64,000 nt of DNA, taken from NCBI RefSeq assembly GCF_044324875.1, contig NZ_CP172185.1. One strand, written 5' to 3'. Below, in pieces: positions 11,206 to 21,826 of this stretch. Below the pieces are notes generated by a model. The model was not told the DNA's origin. It did no database searches and saw only the letters and a program-made list of their open reading frames with translations. Each line of letters starts with the position of its first letter. Positions within the stretch are counted from its first letter, which is position 1. The position numbers and the translations under genes were made by a program. Source of the stretch: Escherichia coli (lineage in GTDB: Bacteria; Pseudomonadota; Gammaproteobacteria; Enterobacterales; Enterobacteriaceae).

Positions 11206-12699
11206 ATGAAAAAATTAATAGTTGCGGCATCTTTCGCTCTGCTTGCGCTTTCGCTCGGCAATAACCCTGCCTGGTCACAGCCTTCGAAAGAGACATTACA
11301 GAATAAAAGCATCACCCATATTAATGGCTTTTTTCCGAGGGTTGAAGGTTCATTCGTGGGCGACCCTATGCCCGTTTTTAACGATGGCAAATTTGATATT
11401 TATTATCTTAATGATGTCCGAGGCGGCAGCGATCTGGGGGTACATGCTTTTCATCTCTTGTCGAGTGCCAACTTGTATGATTATCAGAACCATTCGGAAG
11501 TGATCCCCTACGTTAACGACGTTGACGATCCTGAACTGTTATTGGGAACCGGTTCGATTATTAAAGTCGGCGATACCTGGCATGCCTGGTACACCGCACA
11601 CAATGAAAATGTGTTCCCGGTTGAGTCTGTTATGCACGCGACCAGTAAGGACCGCCTTCACTGGGTGAAACACCCGCAGGACACCCTGTTACCCGGCGGT
11701 AACTATCGGGGTAATGATTTCAGGGACCCTCACGTCGTTTGGGTTGAGGAAAAGAAAGAATACTGGATGTTAATTACTACGCGCAGTAATGGTCGTGGGG
11801 TTATTGCCCGATACAGTTCAACGGATTTAAAGCACTGGGAAGATCGCGGCGTATTTTTTGATAACGACACCATCACCAGCAATGCCAACCTCGAATGCCC
11901 GACACTGGTTTACTTCAACGGACGCTGGTATCTCAGCTTTAGCGACCAATGGCCGTTACGCCTGACACAATACCGGGTTGCGGACAATCCGGAGGGGCCG
12001 TGGCGGAAACTGGACAATTATGTGGTCGACGGCTCAGGTTTTTACGCGGGTAAACTGGTTCTCAAAAACGATCGGCTGTTTGTTTTCGGCTGGATCCCGA
12101 CGAAAGCCGGTAACCGTGACAGCGGCAACATTGATTGGGCAGGGAATCTGGTTGCTCATGAGCTCACCGCAGATGCCCAGGGCCAGCTCAACAGCATCCT
12201 CCCCCAGGAGCTTCAGAAGGTCATCAGTGAGAATCCTGGCCCGGAAACCACCTTGACGAGCACTAAGACACTCAAAACGGACACGTCGTTCGGCCCCTTA
12301 CAGTCGGCGCTGTACCCGGCCTTGCCTGAGCGCGGTGAGTTGAGTGCAACCATCGATGTTCCTTCTGCCGGAATGGTGATGAGCTTTGGTCTGACCGACG
12401 ACAGAGTCAGTGATGCGATGCTGAACGTTGTGTTCAATAAGAGCAAAGGAAAAGTCTATTTTTTCAACGCGCCGCTAGCGTCGATTCATCAGGCTAACGC
12501 GGAATCCTGGGTGGACATTCCGATCGGGGAAAAAATTGAGTTACGCGTTCTCATACAAAACTCAATTGCTGTCTTTTATATAAACAACAAAGTGGCATTC
12601 AGTACCCGGATGTATTCCATGCAGGAGAAACCGTGGAGTATTAGCCTGCCTCAAAACGACCATTTTCACGCGACGTTGAAAATAAAAGAAATGATTTAA
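11206..12699 (+). CDS. fosGH1: GH32 fructan/fructooligosaccharide hydrolase with signal peptide (periplasmic/exported)
   Basis: 497 aa. Signal peptide MKKLIVAASFALLALSLGNNPAWSQ, then the GH32 motifs (RDPHV, ECP). Confidence 0.8.
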   Translation: MKKLIVAASFALLALSLGNNPAWSQPSKETLQNKSITHINGFFPRVEGSFVGDPMPVFNDGKFDIYYLNDVRGGSDLGVHAFHLLSSANLYDYQNHSEVIPYVNDVDDPELLLGTGSIIKVGDTWHAWYTAHNENVFPVESVMHATSKDRLHWVKHPQDTLLPGGNYRGNDFRDPHVVWVEEKKEYWMLITTRSNGRGVIARYSSTDLKHWEDRGVFFDNDTITSNANLECPTLVYFNGRWYLSFSDQWPLRLTQYRVADNPEGPWRKLDNYVVDGSGFYAGKLVLKNDRLFVFGWIPTKAGNRDSGNIDWAGNLVAHELTADAQGQLNSILPQELQKVISENPGPETTLTSTKTLKTDTSFGPLQSALYPALPERGELSATIDVPSAGMVMSFGLTDDRVSDAMLNVVFNKSKGKVYFFNAPLASIHQANAESWVDIPIGEKIELRVLIQNSIAVFYINNKVAFSTRMYSMQEKPWSISLPQNDHFHATLKIKEMI

Positions 12700-12711
12700 C
12701 GGGATATTATT

Positions 12712-13725
12712 ATGAAAAACTATCATGCCCTGTCTGTTATTTTTACTCTTATGTTACCCGCGCTGGCGAATGCGAGCATGAGCATCATGAAGGATCCGTC
12801 TGGAAAGGTTATCGCCGTGGACCCTTGGTCATATCTTGATGAAGATGTTATGTGGACCTCAGCCCGCTCCTCCAATCCTGCCGGTGGCCGCGTTCATGGC
12901 CAACTGAAAATGAAATATGCCATTGAGGATAATAACTGGCGTAACAGCCATTTCCACAACGGGAATGATTCGCTGACGTTTGTACAAGGTGTGATGCGGC
13001 ACGATGCGTTACCCGGTTGGTATCTGGCTTTCTCTGAGGGCAGAACCACTAACTATAACGGGACGTGGGAGGATCAGTCTTACCTCAGCCAAAACCAGTG
13101 GACTCAGTTGATCATCGGCCATGAATATTTTTACAAGCGTCTGCGCTATGGCTGGGATGTGATGGGAGGAAGCGCCTCAATCGAAGACCGCTGGCAAGGC
13201 CGCGTTAAGTTCTTTACCGATCTTCGGGTTACGGATAATTTCTCATTCTTTAACTACCTGTATCAGCAGATCGATCACCGGCGCAGCGGTGGGTCGCAAA
13301 ACGACCGTGACGTGCGTTCATTTCAGATTGAGCCAGGCGTGCAATACATTATTAATAACAACACCGGTGTCTGGTTCCGCCAGCAGTTCGCATCTGCCAT
13401 TTTAGACAGGGCGCAGTGGGGCGATATCGACGAAAAAAGCTGGACCACGTCAGTCGGCGTCTGGCGAAACTGGGGGAAGTTATCCACAACGCTCAGCGGC
13501 GGTTATGGTCATTATAAGAAATACAATGCGCAACCTGAGGATGGCGAAGTCTTTCAGAATACCCGCAATCGCTTCCTGAAGGTATCGGCAAATTATCCTT
13601 TGACCTCTCGTTTTACCGTGTCCGGAGAAGTTACTGGTTCGTTGATCAAACAGAACGGAAGTTGGGTCACTAACGGTGAGGCCATTACCACTGAGTATAA
13701 GCTGATGCTGGATTATAACTTTTAA
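12712..13725 (+). CDS. fosY: Putative outer-membrane beta-barrel protein, paralogue of fosX
   Basis: 337 aa. Signal peptide MKNYHALSVIFTLMLPALANAS; C-terminal ...LMLDYNF. Shares the WRNWG and alternating-aromatic pattern with the 9998-11191 ORF. Confidence 0.6.
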   Translation: MKNYHALSVIFTLMLPALANASMSIMKDPSGKVIAVDPWSYLDEDVMWTSARSSNPAGGRVHGQLKMKYAIEDNNWRNSHFHNGNDSLTFVQGVMRHDALPGWYLAFSEGRTTNYNGTWEDQSYLSQNQWTQLIIGHEYFYKRLRYGWDVMGGSASIEDRWQGRVKFFTDLRVTDNFSFFNYLYQQIDHRRSGGSQNDRDVRSFQIEPGVQYIINNNTGVWFRQQFASAILDRAQWGDIDEKSWTTSVGVWRNWGKLSTTLSGGYGHYKKYNAQPEDGEVFQNTRNRFLKVSANYPLTSRFTVSGEVTGSLIKQNGSWVTNGEAITTEYKLMLDYNF

Positions 13726-13838
13726 ACCGTACGCTGGATAATCCATGCCACCTGAACACGCTGAAGCGTTAGTAAAAATAGTGACCTTACCGCAGGTCAC
13801 GTTTAAAAAAACAAGTTAATTATTATTAAGGAAATATC

Positions 13839-14801
13839 ATGAATATCTGGACTCTTGGCGATGCTGTTGTTGATCTTCTACCCCTTACAGATATGCAATT
13901 TCGTGCTTGTGCAGGAGGTGCGCCATTTAATGTTGCGATAGGTACTGCACAATTGAAATGTCGTACCGGCTTTATAGGTCGCGTAGGGGATGACGATTTT
14001 GGCCATTTCCTGAGAAAAACTCTCGAAGATTCAGGAGTTTCTACACAATGTATCCAAATGGATAAATATCATCGTACAAGTACAGTACTGGTTTCTCTTA
14101 AAGATCAGGGAGAACGTGGTTTTACATTTCTTACGAACCCTTCAGCCGACCAATTTCTAACACAAGATGCCCTTCCAGCTTTTAGTGATGATATCCTGCA
14201 TTTTTGTTCACTTGCGCTGGTTGCTGCAGATTGCCGCACGACTTTGACTAAAGCAGTCCAGGAAGTCATTGACCACGGTGGACTTATCAGCTTTGATGTT
14301 AATTTACGAGACCAAATGTGGCGTGATAAGGAAGAAATGTTTGCGACAGTGAGTCAATTCGCTGAAAAAGCCGATATCCTTAAACTCTCTGAAGAAGAGT
14401 GGTACTGGTTAATGGGTACACATGATTATACAGAGGCGTTAGAAGCACTCAAAACCCATCCTGCCAGATTAAAAGTGGTCACCTTTGGTGCGAGAGGTTC
14501 ATTGGTATTATGGCAAGATATGGTGATACATTTCAGAGGATTTAATGTTAAAAGTATTGACACAACAGGCGCTGGAGATGCTTTTATGGCTGGGTTACTT
14601 GCCAGCATCGCCAATAAAGGTTTGCCAATGAATTTTCCAGAACTTCAATTAGCAATCACTCAGGCCAGTGCCACCGGAGCGCTCGCAACTACCAAAAAAG
14701 GTGCACTTACCGCCCTTCCTGATACAGCCGCACTGGAAACGTTCATTAATCATTTTCCATTACCGGGCTATGAGATCCTTGGAGCAACCGCTACGGTGTA
14801 A
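13839..14801 (+). CDS. fosK: Fructokinase (PfkB ribokinase family)
   Basis: 320 aa with both PfkB signatures (GGAPFN ... DTTGAGDAF). Last gene of the co-oriented cluster. Confidence 0.85.
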   Translation: MNIWTLGDAVVDLLPLTDMQFRACAGGAPFNVAIGTAQLKCRTGFIGRVGDDDFGHFLRKTLEDSGVSTQCIQMDKYHRTSTVLVSLKDQGERGFTFLTNPSADQFLTQDALPAFSDDILHFCSLALVAADCRTTLTKAVQEVIDHGGLISFDVNLRDQMWRDKEEMFATVSQFAEKADILKLSEEEWYWLMGTHDYTEALEALKTHPARLKVVTFGARGSLVLWQDMVIHFRGFNVKSIDTTGAGDAFMAGLLASIANKGLPMNFPELQLAITQASATGALATTKKGALTALPDTAALETFINHFPLPGYEILGATATV

Positions 14802-14909
14802 CAACTTTTCATGCTGTATGGTGTAGGAATATAGCAAACGTATCTTCAATTGTTAGTTATGACCTCTAGAAGTATGAGATATCTTTTGTAGATAATCATG
14901 GCTGTGTAT

Positions 14910-14936
14910 GGGCAGCCTTATACTGCCCCTTTTTCT
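14910..14936 (+). terminator. Rho-independent terminator after fosK
   Basis: Hairpin gggcagccttatactgccc followed by ctttttct. Confidence 0.7.
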
Positions 14937-15081
14937 ATTACCTTAAGAAAGATAAGTACAGTTTGCTTTCCTGGAGATTAATGCATGCTCTGGATAGCAA
15001 TCCTCAACTATCAGCAGAAAGTAGATAAAATTTCAGGGTGGCCCTATAAAAATCATTAGATGCGTTTCTGACGTTACTTAG

Positions 15082-15393
<312 letters not shown>

Positions 15394-15454
15394 TTACTGA
15401 TTTAGTGTATGATGGTGATTTTAAGTAAGCGACTCGTCAGAACCGTATTGATAT

Positions 15455-17026
15455 TTACTGAGAGCTCAGATCAACTTTCCAGGGCAACAGATCGCGTACC
15501 CGGTTTGCCGGCCAGTCCTGGATATGTTCAATGACGTAACGCAGCCACTTTTCTGGCTCCACATTGTTCAGACGGCATGTGCCGATCAGCGAGTACAACA
15601 CCGCCGCATGTTCACCACCGCTGTCGGAACCCGCGAACATCCAGTTTTTCCGGCCTACGGCCACTCCCCGTAAGGCGTTCTCTGCGATGTTGTTGTCGAT
15701 TTCCACCCAGCCATTACTGCAGTACACGTTCAGTGCATCCCACTGTTTCAGCAGGTATGCGAACGCTTTTGCCGTATCTGAGTGACGCGACAGTGTTTTC
15801 ATCTGTTGCTGTATCCAGTCATACAGTGACTGCATCAGTGGCGCGGCTCTGGCTTTTCTTGCCGCCAGACGCTGTTCTGCTGAACAGCCCCGGACCTCTG
15901 CCTCGATGGCATACAGTTCACCGATACGCTGCAGGGCTTCCGTGGTGATGTAGGTGGGCGCTCTTGCATGCACATCGTGGATTTTTCTCCGGGCATGAGC
16001 CATACACGCGGCTTCCGTTATTCTGCCGGATTCGTATAACGCCCGGTAACCACCGTAAGCATCGGCCTGAAGCACACCGCTGTAACCGGCCAGGTGATTT
16101 TGTGGATGGATACCTTTCCGGTCCGGACTGTACGCGAACCAGACCGCCGGGGGCATCTGTGAACCGGCGTTACGGTCATCACGGACGTAGACCCACAGCC
16201 GGGCTGTCCGGGTTTTACCGCTGCCCGGCTCCTGGACCGGGACGGGGATATCATCAGCATGGACTTTACCGGGCATCAGCACATACTGGCGCAGGACGTC
16301 ATACAGCGGCTCCAGCAGTTCAGCAACAGCACCTGTCCAGCGCCCCAGTGTGGCACGGCTCAGCTCCACTCCCTGACGACGGTATATTTCTGACTGGCGG
16401 TATAACGGCAGATGGTCTGCATATTTCCCGGTGACAACATGGGCCAGAAGCCCCGCTCCGGCATAACTGCGTGCAATGGGTTTTGAAGGTACTGGTGCCT
16501 GCACGATATGGTCGCACCGGCAACAGGCCTGTTTCGGACGTTGTGTTTCGATAACCTTAAAGGCGCTGCTGATAAGCTCCAGTTGCTCTGACACATCACA
16601 TCCCAGAGAACTGAGTTCACCACCACAGGCAGGACAGCATTCCTCTTCCGGCCGGATAACCCGGGTTTCACGGGGAAGTGAGGCCGGTAACGGTTTACGG
16701 GCTGAAGACTGGCGCAGGGCGGATGGCAGTACCGGGTCATATTGCTCACCCAGCGTTTCCGCCATTTCTTCCTGAAGTGCGCTGATTCGCTCCTGTGCTT
16801 CCTGTATCTGCCGTTCGGTTTTTGCACGAAGTTTTTCTGAGCTTTTACCGAACTGCATACGTTGCAGTTTCGCAACCAGCGCCTTCAGCCGGTTGATTTC
16901 GGAAGCATAAGCCGCCACCCGCTGTGAGAGCAGGCGGTTGTATTCAGCCATCTGGCGGATGGTGTCCTGTTGCGTCTGCAACAGTGCCCGCAGGCGGGCG
17001 TTCTCATGAGCAAGTGAGGTGTCCAT
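15455..17026 (-). CDS. tnpC: IS66-family transposase TnpC
   Basis: 523 aa with N-terminal coiled-coil/leucine zipper, a CxxC...CxxC zinc motif and the IS66 DDE core. Confidence 0.85.
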   Translation of the reverse strand: MDTSLAHENARLRALLQTQQDTIRQMAEYNRLLSQRVAAYASEINRLKALVAKLQRMQFGKSSEKLRAKTERQIQEAQERISALQEEMAETLGEQYDPVLPSALRQSSARKPLPASLPRETRVIRPEEECCPACGGELSSLGCDVSEQLELISSAFKVIETQRPKQACCRCDHIVQAPVPSKPIARSYAGAGLLAHVVTGKYADHLPLYRQSEIYRRQGVELSRATLGRWTGAVAELLEPLYDVLRQYVLMPGKVHADDIPVPVQEPGSGKTRTARLWVYVRDDRNAGSQMPPAVWFAYSPDRKGIHPQNHLAGYSGVLQADAYGGYRALYESGRITEAACMAHARRKIHDVHARAPTYITTEALQRIGELYAIEAEVRGCSAEQRLAARKARAAPLMQSLYDWIQQQMKTLSRHSDTAKAFAYLLKQWDALNVYCSNGWVEIDNNIAENALRGVAVGRKNWMFAGSDSGGEHAAVLYSLIGTCRLNNVEPEKWLRYVIEHIQDWPANRVRDLLPWKVDLSSQ

Positions 17027-17045
17027 ATCCTCACTTTACAACGGG

Positions 17046-17393
17046 TTATATGCGGATTCCAGCGCGTTCCGTTCGTTTCGGGTGCTTCCAGTTGATACCT
17101 TCAAGAAGCATGGATAACTGAGCCGGAGTAAGGTGCACCTTGCCGTCACGGGTGACTGGCCAGACGAAGCGGCCCCGCTCCAGGCGTTTGGTGAAGAGGC
17201 ACAGTCCGTCACTGTCAGCCCACAACACTTTTATCTGGTCACCCCGGCGTCCGCGGAAGATGAACAGGTGTCCGGAGAACGGGTCATCCTTCAGGACGTT
17301 CTGAACTTTTGATGCCAGGCCGTTAAAGCCATTTCGCATATCGGTGATACCTGCAACCAGCCAGATACGCGAACCTGCAGGGAGAGATATCAT
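17046..17393 (-). CDS. tnpB: IS66-family Orf2 (TnpB)
   Basis: 115 aa starting MISLPAGSRIWLVAGITDMRNGFNGLA..., a conserved IS66 accessory protein. Confidence 0.85.
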   Translation of the reverse strand: MISLPAGSRIWLVAGITDMRNGFNGLASKVQNVLKDDPFSGHLFIFRGRRGDQIKVLWADSDGLCLFTKRLERGRFVWPVTRDGKVHLTPAQLSMLLEGINWKHPKRTERAGIRI

Positions 17394-18070
17394 CAGTGGC
17401 TGCTCCCTTTTATTTCGCGGATAAGTGTCTGTAATAACGCCGGCGTCAGTTTACCTTTAAGCCTGAGAGTTCCGGCCGGCAGAACCAGCTCACAACACAG
17501 ACTGTCGGACGGTGTATTTATCTGCTCTGGTTCCTGTGCGGGGGCCGGGATTTTATTATCCGGCTCCGGCGTTAACGTCACGGGAAGCAGTGCCGGCATA
17601 TTTTTTCCGGAAGGCAGCAGGCCACCTTTCCGGTATTGATGGCGCCAGTTGAAGAGCAGGTTATCGTTGATTCCGTTTTCCCGGGCGATCTGCGCCACAC
17701 AGGCTCCGGGCTGCAGTGACTGCTCCACTAAGGCGATTTTAAACTCATAAGGGAAGTTGGGCCGCCGGGGACGTTTTTTTACCACGGGGGCTTCGGATAT
17801 AACGGTGCTTTCAGGACGTACGACTGGTACCGTGGAAAATTGTCCGTAAAGGCAGGCATCAAGTTCCTGCTCCGACATGCCTGCGGGCAAAGGCCACGAA
17901 AGGCCAGCTCTCCGAAAGCGCACGAACATACTACAAACTGTTGATTTTGGTACACCCAGGCGACGCCCGGCCACAACCCGGGGTAAATGTTCTTCAAAGT
18001 GAAGACGTAAAGCTTCAGTGATCCAGGTCCGGTGTTTCATACGATAGTGTCCATTAAAAATGATGGACAT
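17393..18070 (-). CDS. tnpA: IS66-family Orf1 (TnpA, HTH)
   Basis: ORF of 225 aa overlapping tnpB by ATGA. The true start may be an internal Met, since IS66 Orf1 is usually shorter. Confidence 0.65.
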   Translation of the reverse strand: MSIIFNGHYRMKHRTWITEALRLHFEEHLPRVVAGRRLGVPKSTVCSMFVRFRRAGLSWPLPAGMSEQELDACLYGQFSTVPVVRPESTVISEAPVVKKRPRRPNFPYEFKIALVEQSLQPGACVAQIARENGINDNLLFNWRHQYRKGGLLPSGKNMPALLPVTLTPEPDNKIPAPAQEPEQINTPSDSLCCELVLPAGTLRLKGKLTPALLQTLIREIKGSSH

Positions 18071-18140
18071 TATTTTTGTAGAGCCGGAGGAAACAGACCA
18101 GACGGTTTAAATGAGCCGGTTACGATTTTAAGGTGCTTGC

Positions 18141-18416
18141 GTGGCTTCCATTTCCATCAGATGTCCTTCCTGCTCCGCTACTGAAGGCGTGGTGCGTAAC
18201 GGCAAAAGCACTGCCGGACATCAGCGCTATCTCTGCTCTCATTGCCGTAAAACATGGCAACTACAGTTCACTTACACCGCCTCTCAGCCCGGTACGCACC
18301 AGAAAATCATTGATATGGCCATGAATAGCGTCGGATGTCGCGCCAGTGCACGCATTATGGGCGTTGGCCTCAACACGGTTTTACGTCACTTAAAAAACTC
18401 AGGCCGCAGTCGGTAA
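18141..18416 (+). CDS. insA: IS1 InsA
   Basis: Translation [43 protein letters not shown]..., an IS1 InsA variant. Confidence 0.9.
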   Translation: MASISIRCPSCSATEGVVRNGKSTAGHQRYLCSHCRKTWQLQFTYTASQPGTHQKIIDMAMNSVGCRASARIMGVGLNTVLRHLKNSGRSR

Positions 18417-18790
18417 CCTCGCGCATACAACCGGGCAGTGATGTGATTGTCTGCGCTGAAATGGACGAACAGTGGGGCTACGTCGGTGCTAAATCACGTC
18501 AGCGCTGGCTGTTTTACGCGTATGACAGGATACGGAGGACGGTTGTGGCGCACGTCTTCGGTGAACGCACTCTGGCCACACTGGAGCGTCTTCTGAGCCT
18601 GCTGTCGGCCTTTGAGGTCGTGGTATGGATGACGGATGGCTGGCCGCTGTATGAATCACGCCTGAAGGGAAAGCTGCACGTTATCAGCAAGCGTTACACT
18701 CAGCGCATTGAGCGACATAATCTGAATCTGAGATCTGGCAAGGCTGGGACGGAAGTCACTGTCGTTCTCAAAATCGGTGGAGCTGCATGA
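18335..18790 (+). CDS. insB: IS1 InsB' frame (InsAB' transposase made by -1 frameshift at the A-run)
   Basis: IS1 B' reading frame; the slippery ttaaaaaactc motif at ~18388 sits in the insA/insB overlap. Confidence 0.85.
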
Positions 18791-19430
18791 CAAGGTCATC
18801 GGGCATTATCTGAACATAAAACACTATCAGTAAGTTGGAGTCATTACCAACGGTAAATATCCATAAGTGTGGGCTTGCGGAATAAATAGTTTGGTTAAAG
18901 ATAAGGTGGTTTAATACTGCTGAGTATTTTATAGGAGATATGATGTTGTTTTATAAACAAACTAAAAAACATGAAGTTTAATTGATAGGGGACAATGAAA
19001 TCTCCTTTTTAAACTCAATTGCTATGTTGGGTTTATGGGGTTGCTATAAACGGTTTTGAATAAACGCTTTACTATTCTCATGAAAACAGTGTTATGTTGT
19101 TATTTTAACAACCCCGCATTGTTTTTTGATGGGATGGGTATTAAGACTTTAGAGAAACTTTATAAATAAATATATGTATTCAATAGTGGCGAAAATAATA
19201 ACCCATCTTATTATTACATTGTGGAAGTGCTCTTTTTTATTATCGCTCATGTTTTACCTTTCTGTTAAAACATATTCTTTCGGATATGTAAAATGGTAAG
19301 AGATAGTTAATCTACGTATGCATGGGGGCGTTTCATTGCATGGCGTTATAATCTGGCTTGTATATAAAGGCACTATAAGTTTTACTCTTACAGTGCCTTT
19401 ATTTGGCCATGATTTACCCTCTACAATAAA

Positions 19431-21818
19431 TTAATCATTACAGGATAGGTTCATATTCCATTCATAAGCCTCAATGCCGTTAATCAGTAGTTGACGACTT
19501 TCTCCCTGAGGAATTATCACTTTCAATGTTTCCCATGCAGGGCGATAATCTCCATGAGTGTTTATTCTTAACTCAATTGTAGTGGCTGTGCAGTCCAGCT
19601 CCCATTCAAGCCACAGAGCATTACCTTCAGTATATCCCCAAGTTTCGCCATCATCTTCAAACAGAAGTCCGGTGGATTTACCCGTTCCTTTAATTGGGAA
19701 TAATTTCAATTTACGATGATTATCTTCCGCTTCACTCACGTATGTTATACGTTCACTAAGAGGAATACCTGCACCTGCACGTACTAATAATGGTAGTTTT
19801 TCCAGTGGCGCGTCGATTGTTATCCATTGACCACCACAGAACCATTCGCCATTGTAAAAGTCGTACCATCCTGTTTTGTTGTCGGGTAACCATACTCGTC
19901 GTTGTCGTTGCCCTGCTTCCACGACACTTGCAACCAGAATATCGCGTCCCAGCATAAAATCATCACATTCTTCAAATGTCTGAACATCGTGCTCATGATC
20001 AAGGAAGGTTGGACGTAATATTGGCTCATCATCGGCATGTGCCTGCCACAATAATGTATATAAATAAGGCATAAGACGATAACGTAACTCAATTGCACTA
20101 CGAATCGCGGGTGTTACTTCCGGATACATCCATGGTTCATTGACAGTATGATCATCATTCCACGAGTGGATCGTAAATCGGGGGTGCATAACACCGTTCT
20201 GAACCCAACGAACAAATAATTCTGGATCAGGCTTATCACCAGAAAAACCACCGACATCATGACCAATGTTATACAATCCTGAGAGGCTCATTCCCAGCCC
20301 CATGCGGGTGTTGTATCGAAGGGTATCCCAGTTAGTTCGGTTGTCCCCACTCCATGTCTGAACATAACGCTGCAATCCGGCGCATCCAGAGCGGGAAATC
20401 AAATATGGTCGTTTGTTCGGTGCAAATTTTTGCTGTGCTTCCATAGATGCTCTGCACATTAAAAGAGGCATTACTGGCCGAATGTGTTTAATGGCGATTT
20501 CTTTGCCAAAACCATGACAGCGCGCTTCCCCATCCCATACTTCAAACTCATTGTTATCATTCCAGGTGGAATCAATTCCCATTTCAAGTAGTTGTGTGGT
20601 TACACCTTCCTGCCACCATGCGACTGTTTGTGGGTTCGTAAAGTCCAGATGAGAACCCTCATCATCCCAGAAGCTGGAGCGTTCCGGGACGTTGTATTCA
20701 GAGTCACGAATAAAGAGCTCTTGTTCTGCTACTTCGTTATAGCGAGGATGATCCTGCAATAAACATGGTTTTATATTAGCGGCCAGGTGTATCCCTGCAT
20801 TATGAAACTCCTGACTCATCATTTTAGGGTGTGGAACTTTGTCGTAATTCCAGTTGAATACGTAGCGTTTACCATTAATAGAAGTATAACCAGAAGATAG
20901 CTGGAAAGAATCACATGGAATAGCATGTTCCTTACAAAGACGAATAAACTGCATCAATTGATTCTGAGCATCCGGTGCATCTGTATAGTGCATCGTGGAA
21001 CCGCTGTACCCAAGACTCCATTTTGGACCGAAGAGTGTTTTCCCCGTCAAACGAACAAAGGCTTTGGTGATATCAAGTACACATCTGCCAGTGAAAAGAT
21101 AATAATCAATATCTCCCGCCTCAGCCTGCCAACGGCGGTAAGTTGTATGATAATTATCTATTTCATTACCTAAATCCAGCCAACTATTGCTGAGGTTATC
21201 ATAAAATAATCCAAAGCTAATATCGCTACGGTGAGTAATTGTAAATGGAATATGTTTATAAAGAGGGTCTGTACTTACTGCATTATATCCCATTGCGTCC
21301 AGGTTCCGCATTTCATAGCGTTTTCCTGTGCGTTGCAGATCCCCGGATTTATCACCAAGTCCATAAAAACGCTCGTCATTACGTCGACTTTGATAGTGTG
21401 CAACACCATCACCATGAGCGTTTATCAGATAAGCACTGGTAGGGCGATCATTAACAAGTTCCTGCCACTGACCAGCATTATCCTTATAATGCCATTCAAG
21501 CCATAAAGGCTTGTGAATAATTACGCGTAATGAACTGGTCGTGATTGTCAGTAATTCATCATTCTGCTCCATGTTCCAGGTCGGCAGTGAAAAACCGCTA
21601 ATATCTTCGCGATGACGCCCTTCCCACGGGACATCCTTTTCCGGAGCAATGCTCCAGGTTCGGTCCAGCGACAAAACCCCCTTCCGTTTTAATAGAACCC
21701 GGAACATATTTTCTTCGAGTATATACAGGCAAAGAGAATGCTGACCATCAACTAATAGCTCTATATGATGGGCTGACTGATTTTGTAGTTTCCAGTTTTT
21801 TAATGTTTTCATCTCCAC
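19431..21818 (-). CDS. GH31 alpha-glucosidase / alpha-xylosidase-family glycoside hydrolase
   Basis: 795 aa; GH31 catalytic-nucleophile region GIDSTWNDNNEF. Co-oriented with the upstream MFS gene. Possibly aec37 of the selC island of APEC. Confidence 0.8.
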   Translation of the reverse strand: MEMKTLKNWKLQNQSAHHIELLVDGQHSLCLYILEENMFRVLLKRKGVLSLDRTWSIAPEKDVPWEGRHREDISGFSLPTWNMEQNDELLTITTSSLRVIIHKPLWLEWHYKDNAGQWQELVNDRPTSAYLINAHGDGVAHYQSRRNDERFYGLGDKSGDLQRTGKRYEMRNLDAMGYNAVSTDPLYKHIPFTITHRSDISFGLFYDNLSNSWLDLGNEIDNYHTTYRRWQAEAGDIDYYLFTGRCVLDITKAFVRLTGKTLFGPKWSLGYSGSTMHYTDAPDAQNQLMQFIRLCKEHAIPCDSFQLSSGYTSINGKRYVFNWNYDKVPHPKMMSQEFHNAGIHLAANIKPCLLQDHPRYNEVAEQELFIRDSEYNVPERSSFWDDEGSHLDFTNPQTVAWWQEGVTTQLLEMGIDSTWNDNNEFEVWDGEARCHGFGKEIAIKHIRPVMPLLMCRASMEAQQKFAPNKRPYLISRSGCAGLQRYVQTWSGDNRTNWDTLRYNTRMGLGMSLSGLYNIGHDVGGFSGDKPDPELFVRWVQNGVMHPRFTIHSWNDDHTVNEPWMYPEVTPAIRSAIELRYRLMPYLYTLLWQAHADDEPILRPTFLDHEHDVQTFEECDDFMLGRDILVASVVEAGQRQRRVWLPDNKTGWYDFYNGEWFCGGQWITIDAPLEKLPLLVRAGAGIPLSERITYVSEAEDNHRKLKLFPIKGTGKSTGLLFEDDGETWGYTEGNALWLEWELDCTATTIELRINTHGDYRPAWETLKVIIPQGESRQLLINGIEAYEWNMNLSCND

Positions 21819-21826
21819 ATACTCCC

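Larger units (their letters stand above)
15426..18123 (-). mobile_element. IS66-family element (tnpA-tnpB-tnpC) inserted into IS1, with an 8-bp target duplication
   Basis: Imperfect terminal IRs (gtaagcgactc... and ...gagccggttac). The direct repeat attttaag occurs at 15418-15425 and again at 18125-18132. Three-ORF IS66 organisation. Confidence 0.8.

Noticed and set aside
17393-18070. IS66 Orf1 (TnpA) appearing unusually long (225 aa), possibly a fusion
   Set aside because: Most likely the longest-ORF call is using an upstream in-frame start. An internal Met (MSEQELDA...) would give a protein of typical size. No evidence for an extra domain.
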